The notes beneath the pieces are model-generated. The model ran no database searches. It saw nothing but the letters and a program-made list of their open reading frames with translations, and was not told the DNA's origin. From assembly GCF_001194135.2 (NCBI RefSeq), contig NC_068983.1:3758964-3822963 (forward strand): a stretch of DNA of 64,000 nt, in the 5' to 3' direction. Within the stretch, counting starts at the first letter, position 1; each line of letters opens with the position of its first letter. Source of the DNA: Octopus bimaculoides (taxonomy: Eukaryota). This document shows positions 60,819-64,000 of this stretch, piece after piece. A program made the translations under genes and the position numbers.

Positions 60819-62037
60819 CTACAGAAATAACAAAGATTTGAAGAAAGAGTCAGAAATATTTTAGACCGTAGTTCTTTCACAACTATCACCATCATCCTTT
60901 TATGGGCTGGACAGAGCTTATGGAAGCAGATTTTCTACAGCTGAATACCATTCCTGTTGCTAACCCTCACCTGTTTCCAAGCAACAGAATTTTTCCTCAT
61001 GACTAAATATTCTGCTTTTACAGAATATAAGACCCATCTGACCCATGCCAGCATGGAAAACAGACGTTAAATGATGATGATGAATGACAGTGACCCTCAC
61101 ATCTATCATGTGATATGAAGACAAGGAGACAAATACACACAATGGGCTTTGTCCAGTTTCTGTGTACTATAGCTTCAAGACACATTTGCCCAGAGTGGAG
61201 TGGGACTGAACCCAAAACCATGGAGTTGGCAATCACACTTCTTAATCACACAGCCACATCTGTGTCTATATAAGTTGTTATCTAATGATGTATGATTGTA
61301 TTTCTACATTGGATCAAGAAATCCTTTTTATTTCTATGTTAATGTTGATTAAATGACTGCTCAGTCCAAGCCTCTGTATTATCCCACTTACTCCTACCAC
61401 CCCCAATGTCCCCTGAGGGCATGTCTTGACACATCTTCACCACCATCCCTCACATAATTGCCCCCGTTATCTTACCCTCTCTCTTTGTCTTACTCTTACT
61501 TGCTCTCTTTTCTCTTCCAACTGGAGTATCCATGTCTCTACTCTCCAGCATGACCCCTTTCCTTGTCCCTCTGTACCTTTGATCTCTCAACTGGTGCAAA
61601 GCCACCCCTGCCTCAATACTACTCCCGCCACCCCTGAGCCAAGGAGTTACGTCTTGGAAGTTGCTTGGTCACCCTATCAGCACCGATGTCATGTAAAAAG
61701 CGCCCAGTACACCCTGTAAAGTGGTTGGTGTTAGGAAGGGCATCGAGCTGTGGAAACCATACCAAAACAGACAATGTAGCCAAGTGTGGACCCCAGTCTT
61801 ACCAGCTCCTGTCAAACTGTCCAACCCATACCAGCATGGAAAATGGCTGTTAAATGATGATGATGATGATGATGATAATGTTGAAGGGCTGGCAACAAGA
61901 AAGGTTTCTGGTCATACTAAATCCATCTCAACAAACTTTGTTCCACCCATGCAAGTAGGGGAAAAATAGATGTTAAAACGATGATGATGATGATGTGGAT
62001 TGTGATGACATGGATAAACCAACAAAACTTTACAAAC

Positions 62038-62144
62038 CTTTGAGAAGAGATTTTCGTTTATCTGTAAGTGTTATGTTCTTTGAAATGCAAAGCTTCAGAA
62101 TTCTGTTTGCAATCAGTTGACATTGGTAAGATTTGTCAACTTTT
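62038..62144 (-). CDS. FANCA: FANCA exon c (107 nt, 2-1)
   Basis: tttcag|...|gtttgt; KVDKSYQCQLIANRILKLCISKNITLTDKRKSLLK; only open frame and it fits the neighbouring phases. Confidence 0.7.
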
Positions 62145-62700
62145 CTGAAATATCAATATACAACATATACAACACCAAACAAACTGATAACACAACACAC
62201 ACACGTTAATATTTGTTGTTATGTTCACTTATAATAAAAACAATTTTACATTAATCTGAAGGGTTATTCAGATTAGAATACTAATTTGGTATTCTTGAAG
62301 AAGAATATCATCTGACAATGCTTTAGCAGGCCAAAACTTCAAAGTCACTATTCTGGCTATATTAGGCTTCAATCTGATCTGGCAAAGTTTCTACAGCTGG
62401 ACACACTTCCTAACGCCAACCACTCAGAGTGTAGTGGGTGCTTTTTATGTGCCACTGTCACGGGAGCCAGTCAGGTGGCACTGGCATTGGCCACAACAAT
62501 GATTTCACTTGACTCAACAGGTCTTCGCAAGAGCTGTTTATTGCCCAATGATTGGAGATATGCTGTGCATGAGAAGAACCAGCAAGCCAAGTGAGAGTGT
62601 AGCCATGGCCTATGCCAGTGCAGTGTAACCGACCCATTTCGGCCACAGATTCACAAAAAGCTACTACAACACGACTAAGAAACAAGTTAGAAATACTTAC

Positions 62701-62777
62701 AGATGCAAGTAAGTTCCAAACGTCATAATATTAGTGCAGTGTAACTTCCATATAATCTCCAGGCATAAATTAGAGTT
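62701..62777 (-). CDS. FANCA: FANCA exon b (77 nt, 0-2)
   Basis: ttcatag|...|gtaagt; NSNLCLEIIWKLHCTNIMTFGTYLH, similar to human EAVWHLHVQGIVSLQELL. Confidence 0.85.
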
Positions 62778-63186
62778 CTATGAAAGAAAACAAGAGGATA
62801 TAGATATAAATATACAGTTACAACAACATCATCATCATCATCATCGGTTAATGTTTGCTTTCCATGCTGGCATGGGTTGGACGGTTTGACTGAAGAACTG
62901 GTAAGCTGGGGAGCTGCCCCAGGTTCCAGTCTGATTTGGCAAGGTTTCTATGTCTGGATGCCCTTCCTTATGCCAACCACTCCAAGAGTGTCGTGGATGT
63001 CTTTTTACATGCCACCTGCATGGGTGCCAGTCTGACGGCACTGGCATTGGCTACGACTACAATTTCATGGCCACTACAACAATAAAAATTCAAAGAAAAT
63101 AAATGTATGGTTTAACACTTCTGGCATGACACACCAACATCACCACCACCAACAACAACAACATAAAGACTATTGCTTATACTCAC

Positions 63187-63276
63187 AGTTGCAGAGATGT
63201 ATTTGTGGAAGAAGTCCATTTCAAATTGTTGCTCTTTCAGTGAGAGTATTACATCGATTATGACTTGTAAGGAAAC
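63187..63276 (-). CDS. FANCA: FANCA exon a (90 nt, phase 0-0)
   Basis: tttcag|...|gtgagt; VSLQVIIDVILSLKEQQFEMDFFHKYISAT. Confidence 0.75.
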
Positions 63277-64000
63277 CTGAAACAGCAAAGAACTCTATTA
63301 TAGATGATGGCTGTGAACTCGTTGGGCAAGCATGACCATTGCTGACCAGTTAAGTGTTCAGAAATGCTCACACAATGGTTTTAGGTTGAGTGCAGCTTGC
63401 ACAACACCAAAAGTAGTTTTACTAGCAATACCAAAAAGCCCACAGACAACCAAAGTGCAAGGTATCTGGCTCAGCAGAATGGTGGGTTTTATATATACAA
63501 GCTAGCCTTCTTCTGGAGGGATACCTTAACAAAGATCAGGGTTCCCTCATGCCCAGTGGGTTTACTACACCTTTGGACACCAACCCAAGTATTCCTATGT
63601 CCCAGTGCTCATATATTAGTTTACCCATGGCTGGGACCTTAACAGGTGCTACAACGAAAATAAAATCCTTTAAAGTAATACGTAAATAATGGAGATGCAC
63701 AACAAAGAATACACTGAAAAGTAACGCAATTGTTTAGCAGTTACTGTGATGTGCAATTGAATCGACTGGACAAATGTAAACAAATGCCTTCCAATAACCT
63801 GGACTTGCCCCTCCCCTCAAAACTGCTGGCTGTGCAACGCACAATGGACTCGCATTCCTGTTCAGGAGGCGAGGGGGGGGGGGGGAATGTGATCTTAAGT
63901 GACTTACCATGGAAGTAGGGTAACTGGCCTTAGTCCAAGGGCCTGAGGAATCACACACATACACGCTGGGCTTCTCTCAGTTTCTGTCTACTAAATCAAC

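Larger units (their letters stand above)
1658..63276 (-). other. FANCA: FANCA-like gene span (37 exons traced; 5' exons and terminal exon not resolved in window)
   Basis: All exons have AG/GT ends and matching phases, giving 1242 codons. Motifs recalled from human FANCA: ARQACFEGPHVFPSYPEW (VRQAALEGPSAFLSYADW), LVKTRLIDLK (LAKTRLADLK), IFRRPYFVGEFLPALLKPR (IFRRPYYVSHFLPALLTPR), WVRQELAVDPGRDYLTNRQR ([20 protein letters not shown]), TECPLLWTSL (TKCPLILTSA), QMHLKLTELF (DMYLKLVQLF). Confidence 0.93.

Overview
Repeat-rich eukaryotic DNA with six assembly gaps. The SINE/RTE repertoire and (ATG)n, (TA)n and (GA)n tails point to an octopod cephalopod, probably Octopus; this is inferred, not searched. 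The minus strand carries most of a FANCA (Fanconi anemia group A) orthologue. I traced 37 GT-AG exons by hand from 63276 down to 1658; they are phase-consistent and give 3726 nt (1242 codons) with no internal stop. The first exons lie above 63276 (none found up to 64000) and the last exon is unresolved. A METTL15/RsmH-like methyltransferase coding segment (5758-6188, plus strand, split by a gap) is nested antisense in one FANCA intron. Introns hold 5'-truncated RTE LINE 3' ends, two tRNA-derived SINE families, piggyBac- and hAT-type MITEs, and relics of Tc1, Helitron, R4/Dong, BovB-like RTE and Penelope-like elements. The most unusual signal is at 36.5-37.2 kb, with a related relic at 30.4-30.6 kb. 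It is a tRNA-headed SINE-like element whose body carries a minimal type I hammerhead ribozyme motif of the Penelope type, arranged as tandem and head-to-head copies. A second decayed hammerhead lies near 13.1 kb and an HDV-like ribozyme fold near 30.05 kb. Comparisons with human FANCA and METTL15 are from memory and need alignment. Coordinates of repeats are approximate.
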